From Waterburya sp. (GTDB taxonomy: Bacteria > Cyanobacteriota > Cyanobacteriia > Cyanobacteriales > Xenococcaceae): a DNA stretch of 64,000 nucleotides. Numbering within the stretch: position 1 is the first letter of the stretch; the number at the start of each line of letters is the position of its first letter. Positions 42,401 through 51,804 of the stretch are shown here, piece by piece. The position numbers were made by a program, and so were the translations under genes. Where the stretch lies: NCBI GenBank assembly GCA_965217895.1, contig CBDCJV010000002.1, positions 2,592,001-2,656,000 of the forward strand. The letters are read 5' to 3'. The notes under the pieces are model-generated. The model was not told the origin of the DNA. It worked only from the letters and a program-made list of their open reading frames with translations, and did not search any database.

Positions 42401-43785
42401 ACTTCTGGGTTGGCAAAATCACCATAGGTAATTGATTGAGCGACTTCAGGTTTATAGCTGCCGTCCTCGCCAAGGATGCCTAAAGCGGTAAGTAATTCCT
42501 CGCCATAAGCAGCCACAGCGTCTTCTTGAGTAAATTCCTCTTGACTAAAGTTAGCAACAAAATCGTAAGGGACAGAAAAACCACCACCACCTTCGTTGAT
42601 GTCATCGTCCTCAGTGTCACCAAACAACTGTACTAGGGGAATATCTTCTAGACCAAGTTCAGTTAAAGTTGCGTTAAGCTCAATTAAATTACTAACCTCA
42701 AAAGACTGGATAAAGATACGGTCTGGATCGGTAAAACCACTATCCTGTAAAGTCTTAATCAAAGGTTCTTCTAAAGATAAACCCTGCTCATCAAAAAAGG
42801 ATGGATGCTTTGTTTCGGGATAAATACCCACCTTTACTCCTGTTTCGGCTTCCGTCTCTTGAACTAGTTGAATGACCTCTTCCAAGGTGGGGATTTCAAA
42901 CGCGCCATTAAAACTTTGATCGCGAAATTCTTGGGGCTGTACTGCCCGTATCTGTTTAATCTCCTCTAAAGTAAAGTCCTCAGCAAAATACGCTGTCACC
43001 TCTTCGCCATCAAGGATTTTAGTAGACATTTTGTCTTCACCAAAGACTTCGGCGACGTTGGTAGTGTCGTCTAATATTGGTTCATGACGATCTATTAAAA
43101 CCCCATCTTTAGTAGATACTAAGTCTGGTTCGATAAAATCTGCCCCTTGAGCGATCGCCACACGGTAAGCTTCTAAGGTATGCTCTGGTAACACCCCACT
43201 TGCGCCGCGATGCCCAATAACTAATGGGTCTTGACCATTCAGAGTATTTAAATTAGTAATGTTAGGAGTCGGAACAGGTGCTTCGAGTAACTTGCCCTCT
43301 GAATCAAAGTGCAATAAGTAGGGACCAAATTCATCACCTACCCATATATCACCGTTATCATCAATTACAAAGGACTCAACATCCAAGTCTCCCCCTGTAA
43401 GTAAACGCTCTTTACTATCTTGATTAACGATATCAAAATCAATAAGCTTGTCAGGATCTGATAGTTGAATAAAGTCTTCTATTTCAATACTGCCGTCACC
43501 ATTTTCTAATCCTGCAAAATTTGGATCTGCTTGATAGATGCGTAATAGATAATCTTGGCTGTTTTCTTGGCTACCAAAGCCATTATCAGATAAAAACCAA
43601 AATGCCCCTGTGTTTCCAGGGGCAAACTGTACGCCACTAAAACCTTGTATAGGTTGTCCTTCAAAAGGACCAGTACGTCCATTGGCATCTATAGGATTAC
43701 CTTCGCCATCATTGCCCCCCGCGGGACTGCCCTCAGCGAAAGTATCTGCTGGCAAAGTGGCAAAGCCAGCCAGTTTGTTAGCCAT
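39496..43785 (-). CDS. Multi-domain extracellular phosphoesterase: phytase-like domain split by a GDPD domain, PhoX-like domain, RTX-type C-terminus
   Basis: GFSG/SDNGFG/DEFGP and GFEGMA/DNNYP (phytase-like); HRGASG.PEHT, E.D, ETK and DGFFTDFP (GDPD); NHE, RLCS, GR..WEN, RPED, PDN, QED and WESSG (PhoX-like); GAD.F...TITDF..GED.I (RTX C-terminus). Confidence 0.85.
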   Translation of the reverse strand: MANKLAGFATLPADTFAEGSPAGGNDGEGNPIDANGRTGPFEGQPIQGFSGVQFAPGNTGAFWFLSDNGFGSQENSQDYLLRIYQADPNFAGLENGDGSIEIEDFIQLSDPDKLIDFDIVNQDSKERLLTGGDLDVESFVIDDNGDIWVGDEFGPYLLHFDSEGKLLEAPVPTPNITNLNTLNGQDPLVIGHRGASGVLPEHTLEAYRVAIAQGADFIEPDLVSTKDGVLIDRHEPILDDTTNVAEVFGEDKMSTKILDGEEVTAYFAEDFTLEEIKQIRAVQPQEFRDQSFNGAFEIPTLEEVIQLVQETEAETGVKVGIYPETKHPSFFDEQGLSLEEPLIKTLQDSGFTDPDRIFIQSFEVSNLIELNATLTELGLEDIPLVQLFGDTEDDDINEGGGGFSVPYDFVANFSQEEFTQEDAVAAYGEELLTALGILGEDGSYKPEVAQSITYGDFANPEVIEIISSYADGLGPWKNNILLREDLDKPVDGNGDGKAEITTQLTGEVFPLVDYAHDAGLQVHPYTLRNEEQFLTLDAEGNSQTPEEEFKQLIDVGVDGFFTDFPATGVAVVDSVTGEFVQSPQNPSLGNGIPNLERSKGFEGMAFSPDRKTLYPLLEGTVDGDPENALRIYEFDVASASYNGLVGYYPTTDGNPIGDFTPINDHEFLVIERDNNQGEEAKFKKIFKIDISQVDENGFVAKEEVVDLLNIEDPNDLNSDGNTTFDFPFETIENIVVADENTILVANDNNYPFSQGREGDIDNNEVIAINLDTPLNLDPNLGGNIMNPTPIENTGITEQPAQMIGLNGYEVDPIFTIGEEFDGYAPPGDLDGLGAFALDDDTVRIVANHELSEEGYAYTLANGTELTGGRVSFFDLNKETLQLEDAGLAYDKIINRNGEEVDEVTDLEYEGLNRLCSAHYIEANQFGEGRGLTDSLFFTGEENAGGTEFILDPATNTLQAAPWMGRAAWENVTELDTGTTNQVAFLVGDDREAAPLTMYVGEKDTCENAGLLESNGLVGGKLYTWVPDGDLADTLTFTNEDGEEVDDDNAPDPAGFNGTGSSQAGSWVELDYYRPDLASSAVDTNDDGEIQDELGYDEQGFATQAQQDQMSIDAGGFQFSRPEDVATNPENGTQAVLNSTGRGDRFAEDNFGTTYKISTEFDESGDPLTGQIDILYDGDDAGNGQFEGSDFGLRSPDNTDWADDGYIYLQEDRATAEDEDFGGTSGEEASIWKLDPESGELTRVAQMDRSALAEGQTDPEPDDIGNWESSGILDVSELFDEAPGTRFIFDVQAHSVEDGIIAEADLVEGGQLNFLTTDAPETSKVEEIPTTVVGTVKDDLLEVEGGNTITGSLGADQFWIANDPEFPSTITDFTSGEDVIGISSLGIGYDDLNITQTDAGALISVNGHNLAIVADTPADFLASEDNFAFA

Positions 43786-43948
43786 GTTGTGTTCTTCTAG
43801 TTAGGTGAATTATAAATTCCTAAAATTTGCAAACAAAAACATGGAAATAATTTGATTGTGTTATTTCCATGTTTTTGCTCTTTCACCTATTAGAATTGCA
43901 CAGTTAAATTAAGAACAAGCAATTAGTTATTTAACAATTAACCAAGCT

Positions 43949-43978
43949 TATTTAACAACTGTTTAATTTAAGTTTAAG
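43949..43978 (-). promoter_or_regulatory. Putative Pho box (SphR/PhoB)
   Basis: Minus strand CTTAAACT-taa-ATTAAACA-gtt-GTTAAATA: three TTAA units at an 11-bp period upstream of a phosphatase gene. Confidence 0.5.
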
Positions 43979-44344
43979 TATGAATATTTATCAATATATT
44001 ATCTATTGTAGTATGTTTTATGATAAAAAATATATCTTTGTAACATTTTTGACTAAAGCTCTAAAATATAAAAATTATCGATAGCATAATATTGTCTTAA
44101 CCGTTAACTTAACTAATGCTTACCTAATTATTGATTCGTAATTTTACCTAAATAAATTCGCTTTGAATTATCGTTTTTTATAATCCAACCTAAAGATTTC
44201 AGGCGATAAAGAAGATTAGATATTGTTACTCCAAATTTATTGGCGATCGCATTTTGGGTAAAGTTGTATACTTTTGATCGCCAATTTTTACAGAAGGCTA
44301 ACAATTTAACTGAATGCCTATTTAAACAGCCTTAGTTCTTTCAG

Positions 44345-45736
44345 CTACTTCATTTGCTTGATAATTTTCATTGTCTCTACGCTGACTGTACAAACACGCT
44401 GAAGCAGATCGATTACTTGTTCTTTATAATCAGCAAAACGATAGGTATTAAACTTCTCGGCAATAGTTTTATCTTTGGGTTTTTTTTCTTTATATTGATC
44501 TAAAATCCATTCAAGCGCGCTACGGTTGCCGAGTTTGTATTCCCAAGCTTCACAGGGAACATTATGCAAACTAGTATCCGCATCAAGAGTAATAATTCCC
44601 TTGTCTCGATCTGCCTTCAGCTTTACTTTGGGCGATGTTTTACTTACTGAGGGAATATCAATACGCTTTAGTGCATAAGGTTCAATAGTTTCGTAATTGA
44701 TATGTAAATCCATTAGCTGTCTTCCCCAATCTGCCCATTGACGAAAGTTATCGTAAAAAGGAATACGAGGAAATTCTCGTTTTAGGTTAAGTTCGTATTT
44801 TTCTCTATATGCAGGGTTGTGTAAGACAGCGTAGGTGTAATGGAATATTTCTAGCTTGGTAATTGCCTCATCTTCGTATATAGCTTTTAGGAACTTTTGT
44901 TTTTCGTGATGATTGGCAATATTAGCAGCGGTACGTTTAATTACTTCGTAATAACTGTTGATTTTAGAGAAAGTATTTCTTTTAACATTGCCAGTGAAAA
45001 AAGTGTTGACTACTAAATGTAGTTCCCTTGCTATATTATTTTCTCGATGAAATTGCGTTTCATTAAAAATGCTAATAAATATATCTTCTGTTAAAATGTG
45101 CTGAATAATCATTTCTCGCACATCAAGAAAACTAACTTCAGGATTAATCGACTGTCGGCAAATAGCTAAAAACTTATCCTTAGAATCGCTAAACTGTTTA
45201 TTTGTTTCTGTTTGCTTTTCAATTAAATCTCTTAGCTCAATTAAAATCTTAGGTATATCTTCTCTAAAAGACTTAATTGCTTGACGAAAATTAGTTACTT
45301 CTGGAGGAACATAATTAACAAATTCACTGATCAAACCATCTAAACCAGTCGTATCTTTCATGTCAATACGTCCAGTTTCATCTCCATGCTGAATTAAAAC
45401 AGCAGTTAGTGAATCTTCAAAAAGAATATTTTGATCTGGATATCCTTTAGCAAACTTTTTTTCTATCTCTTCATCAAGATTGTCATATTTATCTTTTGCT
45501 TACCAATAACCATAATCAAGCCTAATTGCATCTTTTACAGTGCCATCGGGACGAACCGTTTTACCTGCTTTAGTTTTATAATCTAATTCGGGAATCAATA
45601 AATAGTCTTTAGGCTTACAATATTCATTGAGTAAATTTTGAAAAGCCGACCTAATTGCAGTTTCTTTGATTGTTCCACCATACTGAATTAGTTTTTCTAC
45701 TTCTTGATGATATTGGGCTACTAAAAACTTAGACAT
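44345..45736 (-). pseudogene. Single-chain restriction-modification enzyme (Type ISP-like C-terminus) pseudogene
   Basis: The two track ORFs are in one frame, split by TAA at 45500-45502 in RPDG...W*AKD. KFLKAIYE joins directly to ITKLEIFHYTYAVLH...LKREFPRIP, with no methyltransferase motifs between. Confidence 0.8.
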
Positions 45737-46496
45737 AATAAAGAAAGAATATAAAACAGTTTTAATAAACTTATTCTTCCCTTTATATTCTTGATAAGTT
45801 TCTAGTTGTTGTCCGCAATTTTATAAAGAATTGATGAAGAAAAATTATAAATAGTATAAAAGTCTATAATCGCCATCGATCTACACTATATGTAGAGTAG
45901 ATTGTTAAAATTGGTTGTTTGATATTGACTCAAATTTATATTCGTCTTTAATAATTAGATATATATAAGCGCGTAAAAATAACTAGAGCGGCTAATTCAA
46001 CCGAGAAATTAACGACGTAAATTTATTTATATCTTTTACTAACTAAGTAAAATTATCGCTTTTCTCAAGTATCTTGATCGCTAAATATCTATTCATAATG
46101 ATGACCCATGTTCCACTTTCCTTTGATCGTAATCGTAATTACAGTTGATAGCTTTTGGCTATTTCTTAATTAAATTAAACGATAAAGATTATCTCTCGCT
46201 TCTTTAGCAGTAAATGGTTTCATTCTTTACACCGTACCATTACAAACTAGATCGAAAAGCGATCGCGATAAATATTTAAACTGTCGGTTTTACTCTCTTA
46301 TTTGACTAGTGAAAATATCACATGGTTTCTATATGGTAAGCAAGGAGAATTTATTCGGTATTAGATAGCTAGTGATTCAGCAACCGAAAAAGAGGTTAGC
46401 TAAAATTGATTCGCAACTATATAACTTAGATTGAATTAAAGGGTCTTCGTCTTGCTATAATCAGCTTTAAACTGACCTTTAACTAATGAGAAATAA

Positions 46497-47738
46497 ATGG
46501 TAGACTGGCAGGTAGTCAAAGGTGGAATCACTGCACCAAAAGGATTTAGGGCAGCAGGAGTTGTTGCGGGATTGAAATCTAGTGGAGCAAAAGACTTGGC
46601 TTTGATCTTATCAGAGACAGATGCGATCGCCGCAGGCGTGTTTACCACTTCGCAAGTACGGGCTGCCTGTGTGGATTATTGTCGTCAGCGTCTTCAGACT
46701 AAGGCAAGTGCTAGAGCTATTCTATGTAATGCAGGACAGGCTAACGCTGCTACAGGAGAACCTGGTTGGAATGATGCAGTTGAGACTGCCAAATTGCTAG
46801 GCGAAGCACTAAATATTTCTGGGGATGCTGTACTCCTTGCCTCTACAGGAGTAATCGGACAGAGAATAAAAATGGATGCGCTGCGACGAGGAATTCCCCA
46901 GGTAGTTAGTGCAGCTACCGTTGAAGGTGGTGCTGATGCTGCCAGGGCGATCGTTACCACTGATTTAGTTATCAAAGAAATTGCCCTAGAAGCTATTATT
47001 GAGGGTCGTCCTGTACGCATTGGCGGAATTGCTAAAGGTTCAGGCATGATTGCTCCTAATATGGCAACTATGCTCGGATTTGTTACCTGTGATGCTGCGG
47101 TGTCTACTGGTTTGTGGCACGAAATGCTAAAACGAGCCGTAGATAAAAGCTTCAATCAGATTACCGTAGATGGCGACACTAGTACTAATGATTGCGTGCT
47201 TGCTTTAGCTAATGGACAGTCTCGCACTACCGCTATTACTAGTGATAGTGCCAACGCCAAAAAGTTAGAGGCAATGCTCACTGAAGTTTGTCAATATTTG
47301 GCTAAAGCAGTGGCTCGTGATGGCGAAGGAGCAACCTGCCTGATTGAAGTACAGGTATCAGGAGCAGCAGACGATCTCGCTGCTTCTCAAGTAGCCAAAA
47401 CTATTGCTGGCTCATCTTTAGTCAAGTCAGCAGTTTTTGGGCGCGATCCTAACTGGGGAAGGATTGCAGCAGCAGCAGGTAGAGCAGGGGTCAAGTTTCA
47501 TCAAGACGAGTTAAATATTAAGCTGGGAGACATCGTGTTGATGAAAAATGGTCAACCCCAAGACTTTGACCGCAGTGCAGCAAGTGACTATCTCAAGCAA
47601 GCAGCAGCAGGAGAATATTTAAAAACAGATACGGTATTGATTTTAGTAAATATCGGCGTAGGTACAGGAAAAAGCACCGCTTGGGGCTGCGACTTAACCT
47701 ATAAATATGTCGAAATTAACGCTGAGTACACTACTTAA
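46497..47738 (+). CDS. argJ: Ornithine acetyltransferase / N-acetylglutamate synthase
   Basis: STGVIG, KGSGMIAPNMATML, DGDTSTND, RDGEGAT, DPNWGRI and INAEYTT motifs. Confidence 0.97.
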   Translation: MVDWQVVKGGITAPKGFRAAGVVAGLKSSGAKDLALILSETDAIAAGVFTTSQVRAACVDYCRQRLQTKASARAILCNAGQANAATGEPGWNDAVETAKLLGEALNISGDAVLLASTGVIGQRIKMDALRRGIPQVVSAATVEGGADAARAIVTTDLVIKEIALEAIIEGRPVRIGGIAKGSGMIAPNMATMLGFVTCDAAVSTGLWHEMLKRAVDKSFNQITVDGDTSTNDCVLALANGQSRTTAITSDSANAKKLEAMLTEVCQYLAKAVARDGEGATCLIEVQVSGAADDLAASQVAKTIAGSSLVKSAVFGRDPNWGRIAAAAGRAGVKFHQDELNIKLGDIVLMKNGQPQDFDRSAASDYLKQAAAGEYLKTDTVLILVNIGVGTGKSTAWGCDLTYKYVEINAEYTT

Positions 47739-47760
47739 ATCTTGCTTTAATTCTTAATCA

Positions 47761-48123
47761 TCAATTTTTTCGCTCACCAAACCACTCATAGCGATGGTCG
47801 CGTATTTGCTCATAACTGCGATCGCCAAGCCATTTCATGCCTGGAATAGCTCGATAGGCTGCAATAAATAACTCGCCCAAGGGTAGCAAGCGGGTAATTT
47901 CTTCGGCTGCTTCACTACCCTGCCATCTTTTAGCTGGCTGATTACCATCAATTAAAATCATACCTGCTTCGCAATCTGTAGGCACAATGCCAAATTTTGC
48001 CAAAGCCGATTCATCCTGCATGGGAATATAGTCGAAAAGCTTCCCGCGATCGTATTGCTGTAGAAGCTCTGTAAAAGTGCTACAGAAGTTACATTTACCA
48101 TCATAAATAACTTTATATTTCAT
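47761..48123 (-). CDS. DCC1/DUF393 thiol-disulfide oxidoreductase family
   Basis: YDGKCNFC motif and C-terminal RYEWFG. Confidence 0.88.
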   Translation of the reverse strand: MKYKVIYDGKCNFCSTFTELLQQYDRGKLFDYIPMQDESALAKFGIVPTDCEAGMILIDGNQPAKRWQGSEAAEEITRLLPLGELFIAAYRAIPGMKWLGDRSYEQIRDHRYEWFGERKN

Positions 48124-48317
48124 ATTAAATTTTTTTATTAAACAGCAGTTAATATCCTAGTCGCTAGGTTTTACATTCTTCACAGATTCAACTAAAAGAA
48201 TTTAAGCTATGGGAACAGTTTAAGCCAGCACATAACCTTTATTAAAAATAAATCACTAAAGAAGTAAAAAAAAGCTGGCTGACGATCTCTTTGTGAAATA
48301 CTAATATTACACACCAA

Positions 48318-48575
48318 CTAATCAATATAAATTTGGTCGATGTAACACCAACGCCAATCTTCATTTGGTTCAAAAGATTCTACGATAGGATGTTTTGTCG
48401 TATCAAAATGTTTCTGAGCGTGTTTATTTTTAGAGGAATTACAGCATCCTACATGACCGCAGATTAGGCACATCCGTAGATGCACCCAGGAATCACCCAA
48501 CTTCAGACACTCTTCGCATCCTTCAGCACTAGGAGTAACTTGTTGAATCTGGCTGGTATGAGTACATTGAGTCAT
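48318..48575 (-). CDS. Stand-alone UBP-type zinc finger protein
   Basis: CTH, CEEC, WVHLRMCLICGHVGCC, KHA..H and WRWCY motifs. Confidence 0.92.
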   Translation of the reverse strand: MTQCTHTSQIQQVTPSAEGCEECLKLGDSWVHLRMCLICGHVGCCNSSKNKHAQKHFDTTKHPIVESFEPNEDWRWCYIDQIYID

Positions 48576-48659
48576 AATTTTTAATTAGTTTGATAGTTGT
48601 AAAAAAAATAATCTTCTTTGGCTAGTTTTCAAAATTACCAACCATATTAAAGTTGACAA

Positions 48660-49055
48660 CTATTTTTTGTCTAGCTCGTTTTTTCTCAGCTCGTTAAGTA
48701 AAGCACCGCCTTTGTTAGCTGGTTCTAATGCCGATATCGCTGTAGCTAACTCCATGACTTTGTGCAATTCTTCCCACGTCGCTCCTGCTTGACGAGCAGC
48801 TAAAGCATGAAATTTAGCTGCTCCAGAACCTTCTATTAAAAGCATGGCAAACAACATTAGCTGAGTAGTTTTCAGGTCGAAAACATCGTTATAAAAGGCG
48901 TGAGCGCGAAGTTTTTCGACTAAAAGTAAAGCTTCTGGATCGACATCCGAACTAAATTCAAATTTAGCTTTGGGTAAAGGTGGAACTTCGCCAAACATTT
49001 CAGTATAGCTATGGCGAAAATTATCGATCTCATTTTGTTGGGTTGAATCTGACAT
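48660..49055 (-). CDS. Carboxymuconolactone decarboxylase/AhpD-like protein (no CxxC)
   Basis: D.KT.QL.....L and H..AA..AGAT.EEL motifs. Confidence 0.8.
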   Translation of the reverse strand: MSDSTQQNEIDNFRHSYTEMFGEVPPLPKAKFEFSSDVDPEALLLVEKLRAHAFYNDVFDLKTTQLMLFAMLLIEGSGAAKFHALAARQAGATWEELHKVMELATAISALEPANKGGALLNELRKNELDKK

Positions 49056-49069
49056 AGTTAGTGATTTAA

Positions 49070-49678
49070 TTAATTTTGAGTGAACATCTTTACCACTTCT
49101 GGGGGTGGTGCGACATTTCCTGTTGCCATGAGTTTTTTGCCAGCAAGTTCCTTAGTCACCCTGGCAATATTCGCCCCGTGATGATAGCCAGCCTCTAACA
49201 TTTCTATAGTCACACCTACAGGCTTCATTACCTTATCTCCAGAACGCCCGTTAGGTCCCCAGTGCATTCCAGCTACATCAAAACCTGGAGTAGTTTTGGG
49301 CAGAGTAACCAAAATCATGCCACAGGCTGCCATTGCCGATAACATTCCTAATTGTGCTAGCTCACAACCCGCACCCATATTGCCATAACCACCACCAACG
49401 CTAAACACACCACCTACTTTGCCTACTACTTCATCAGTCAACCAAAGTTTTTCTAAGGTATCTTCAATAAACTTTTTAATCCGTGCATCGGCGGTGCGAT
49501 GGCGGATAGGAGAACCAAGAATTAAAGCATCGCCAGCTTTTACGTCTTCAATTGTTGCTTCATCAGAGGATTTTAGAATAACTTCTACTTCTACAGATTT
49601 TGCACCATCAGCAACCGCTTGTGCCATTTTTTGCGTATTACCGATGCTGGTAGTGTAAACAATTAGAATTTTTGCCAT
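49070..49678 (-). CDS. WrbA-like flavodoxin / NAD(P)H:quinone oxidoreductase
   Basis: TTSIGNTQKMA FMN loop, LGSP and GKVGGVF motifs. Confidence 0.8.
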   Translation of the reverse strand: MAKILIVYTTSIGNTQKMAQAVADGAKSVEVEVILKSSDEATIEDVKAGDALILGSPIRHRTADARIKKFIEDTLEKLWLTDEVVGKVGGVFSVGGGYGNMGAGCELAQLGMLSAMAACGMILVTLPKTTPGFDVAGMHWGPNGRSGDKVMKPVGVTIEMLEAGYHHGANIARVTKELAGKKLMATGNVAPPPEVVKMFTQN

Positions 49679-49845
49679 GTTTGGTTATTTTCTATTTAGT
49701 ATTCAACTTTCTTCAAAAAAGCAAATATATGTTTTAAAAGGATTTGCTGGATATTTTCTGACAGCAATACTGGCTCATCTAAGTAAACCAAGGTATCGAC
49801 TAAACAGAGAATTAAACTTGTCATTATTCAACATTTTTAATTTAA

Positions 49846-50484
49846 CTACCGTGTCGCCGCAATATCTCCCAAAAAGTCATAAAGTCCCATATGTTCGCCA
49901 AAAGCCTTATTCATTCCAGCAGAGGTATCACGATTTTCGTCGTGTTTTAATTCCGCTGCTACAGCAATCCAGTTAGTCATAATTACTCCAGCCTGAGTTA
50001 AGCGCATAACGGTAGCTAGTTCAGCTTGAGCAGTCCATGTTCCAGAAGCATCAATGACGGCATAAACGTCATACCCTGCTTTAATTGCTGCTAGGGCAGG
50101 AAAAGCCAAACAAACATCGGTGGTAATAGCTGCCATGATTAGCTTTTTACGATTGGTATCTTTGACAGCCTGAAGACATTCAGGATCGTTCCAAAGATTA
50201 ATTGGGGAGCGGTCGTGAATTTTATGGTCGGGAAATAGTTCTTTAATTTCGGGAATCGTTGGTCCATTAGGACCTTGCGCCGAACTTGTAAACAACACGG
50301 TAGGGAAGTCAAATACCCTAGCTGTTTTAGCCAAACCAATTACATTATTTTTCAAGATTTGTTGATCGATGCTTTTTACTCCCAAAAATAGTCCCGCCTG
50401 ATGATCGATTAACAGCATGGAGCAATTATCTGGGGTAAGCTGTTCGTAATAAGCGGGAAATTGGGCGATCGCATTGGTATTCAT
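49846..50484 (-). CDS. YcaC-like isochorismatase-family cysteine hydrolase (1)
   Basis: LIDHQ, GPNGP, TDVCL and DASG motifs. Confidence 0.9.
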   Translation of the reverse strand: MNTNAIAQFPAYYEQLTPDNCSMLLIDHQAGLFLGVKSIDQQILKNNVIGLAKTARVFDFPTVLFTSSAQGPNGPTIPEIKELFPDHKIHDRSPINLWNDPECLQAVKDTNRKKLIMAAITTDVCLAFPALAAIKAGYDVYAVIDASGTWTAQAELATVMRLTQAGVIMTNWIAVAAELKHDENRDTSAGMNKAFGEHMGLYDFLGDIAATR

Positions 50485-50557
50485 TAAGTAATTACTCCTG
50501 ATTTTGATAATTTTTAAATCAACATTAATTTAAAAACTCTATTCCATATCTTTAAAA

Positions 50558-50944
50558 TTAGATTAAGGAGCGTTGAGGCTCTGATAGTGTGACTTGAACA
50601 GTGATTTTGCCGTCATTGAGAAGCCAAGGGCGGATAGTGAAGGTACGAGCGCCACTAATATGCATCGGATCTGCTTGTGCAGTTTTTTGAGCTTCTTCAA
50701 CAGAATTGGCTCGGTAGATCAACAAGCCATCTCCTTCAAAATATTGACCGTCATTTGTCCAAAGTGGTCCTGCTCCAAACAAAACATTTCTATCTTCTAA
50801 TTCTTTTAAGTAGGCTCGATGCTCTAACAAATTTTGTTTGACGGATTCTAAGTTTTTTGCCGTAGAAACTACGACGTAAAGCTGCATCCGTAGAGAATTT
50901 CCTGAGTCTTCGATAATTTTGTTGGCTTCAACGCGATCGCTCAT
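50558..50944 (-). CDS. YciI-family protein
   Basis: EHRAYL, AGP, G.G...Y.A.S.EEA..A..DP and RPW motifs. Confidence 0.85.
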   Translation of the reverse strand: MSDRVEANKIIEDSGNSLRMQLYVVVSTAKNLESVKQNLLEHRAYLKELEDRNVLFGAGPLWTNDGQYFEGDGLLIYRANSVEEAQKTAQADPMHISGARTFTIRPWLLNDGKITVQVTLSEPQRSLI

Positions 50945-50972
50945 ATTTCTAGCTTATATATGAATTTTAATT

Positions 50973-51563
50973 TTAAGCAATTTGGGGCAACACATCTTGG
51001 AACATAACTTGAAGTAATTGTGCGCCTTCTGGTCGGCTCCAATCTTGTGCTAGTTCTGCCATCATCGTATTGGTTGCTGTTAAGACTACTCCTTCGCGCT
51101 CCATTCGTCGTCTTGACATTTCTTCGGAAACCTCATAGGGTGAACCCGAAGCATCCATCACAGCTTGAACTTGATAGCCTTCTTGACGTGCGCTAATTGC
51201 AGGAAAAACAAGACAGATATCGGTGGTCACTCCTGCCATAATTAAGTTTTTTCGTTCAGTGGCTTCAACCGCTGCTTTAAAATTTGTATCATTCCAAGCG
51301 TTAACAATGCCTGCTCTTTTGATACGAGCTTCATAAGCTTTCGGTAAAACTTCTGCTAGTTCTCGAAAGAGCGAACCTTGAATATTTTCCTCTTGACTAC
51401 TGGTAAGAATTACAGGGATATTGAGAATTTTCGCTGTCTTTGCCAGAGCTAAAGTATTTTTTTTCACCACTTCTTGCGAAATATTATGGATCAGCTTCAT
51501 TGTTCCAATCTGGTGATCGATTAACAATAATGCTGAGTTTTCAGATGTGAAGATACCGTTCAT
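50973..51563 (-). CDS. YcaC-like isochorismatase-family cysteine hydrolase (2)
   Basis: LIDHQ, NAW, TDICL and DASG motifs; ATG 51563 with GGAGG upstream. Confidence 0.9.
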   Translation of the reverse strand: MNGIFTSENSALLLIDHQIGTMKLIHNISQEVVKKNTLALAKTAKILNIPVILTSSQEENIQGSLFRELAEVLPKAYEARIKRAGIVNAWNDTNFKAAVEATERKNLIMAGVTTDICLVFPAISARQEGYQVQAVMDASGSPYEVSEEMSRRRMEREGVVLTATNTMMAELAQDWSRPEGAQLLQVMFQDVLPQIA

Positions 51564-51607
51564 TTCTGCCTCCAAAGAGTTTTGCGCTTTGTAATAATTT
51601 GATGTTT

Positions 51608-51724
51608 TGATTATCAATTACTTGCATACGAAAATACAAGTAGGCACAAAAAAATGCTATACATACAAAAATGTGTGTATTAACCTTGAAGCCATGACCA
51701 ACGAAAAACCAATGCTGCTTTAGA
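51608..51724 (+). repeat. Duplicate of the ycaC/hxlR divergent control region with the first codons of hxlR
   Basis: Aligns with about 52496-52610 (ACAAGTAGG.ACAAAAA.ATGCTATAC.TACAAAAATGTGTGTA...CCATGACCAACGAAAAACCA). Confidence 0.8.
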
Positions 51725-51804
51725 AGCAATGCAAGACTAAAGGTTAGTGTACGGTAATCAATATTATGGCAACACTGTTTTAATAGTCGTCGTTGCTAGC
51801 TTTA

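Noticed and set aside
45500..45502. Programmed stop-codon readthrough or recoding in the RM gene
   Set aside because: The stop is TAA, no recoding signal is evident, and the gene is independently missing its methyltransferase.
45737..46496. Long AT-rich intergenic regions (also 18523-19038, 9549-9800) as sRNA or hidden genes
   Set aside because: No convincing ORF, stable structure or recognisable motif by eye; RNA-seq would be needed.
46694..47155. Long antisense ORFs (this one within argJ, and similar ones at 14029-14346, 40387-40740, 7762-8010)
   Set aside because: They are shadows of well-supported genes on the opposite strand with no recognisable motifs.
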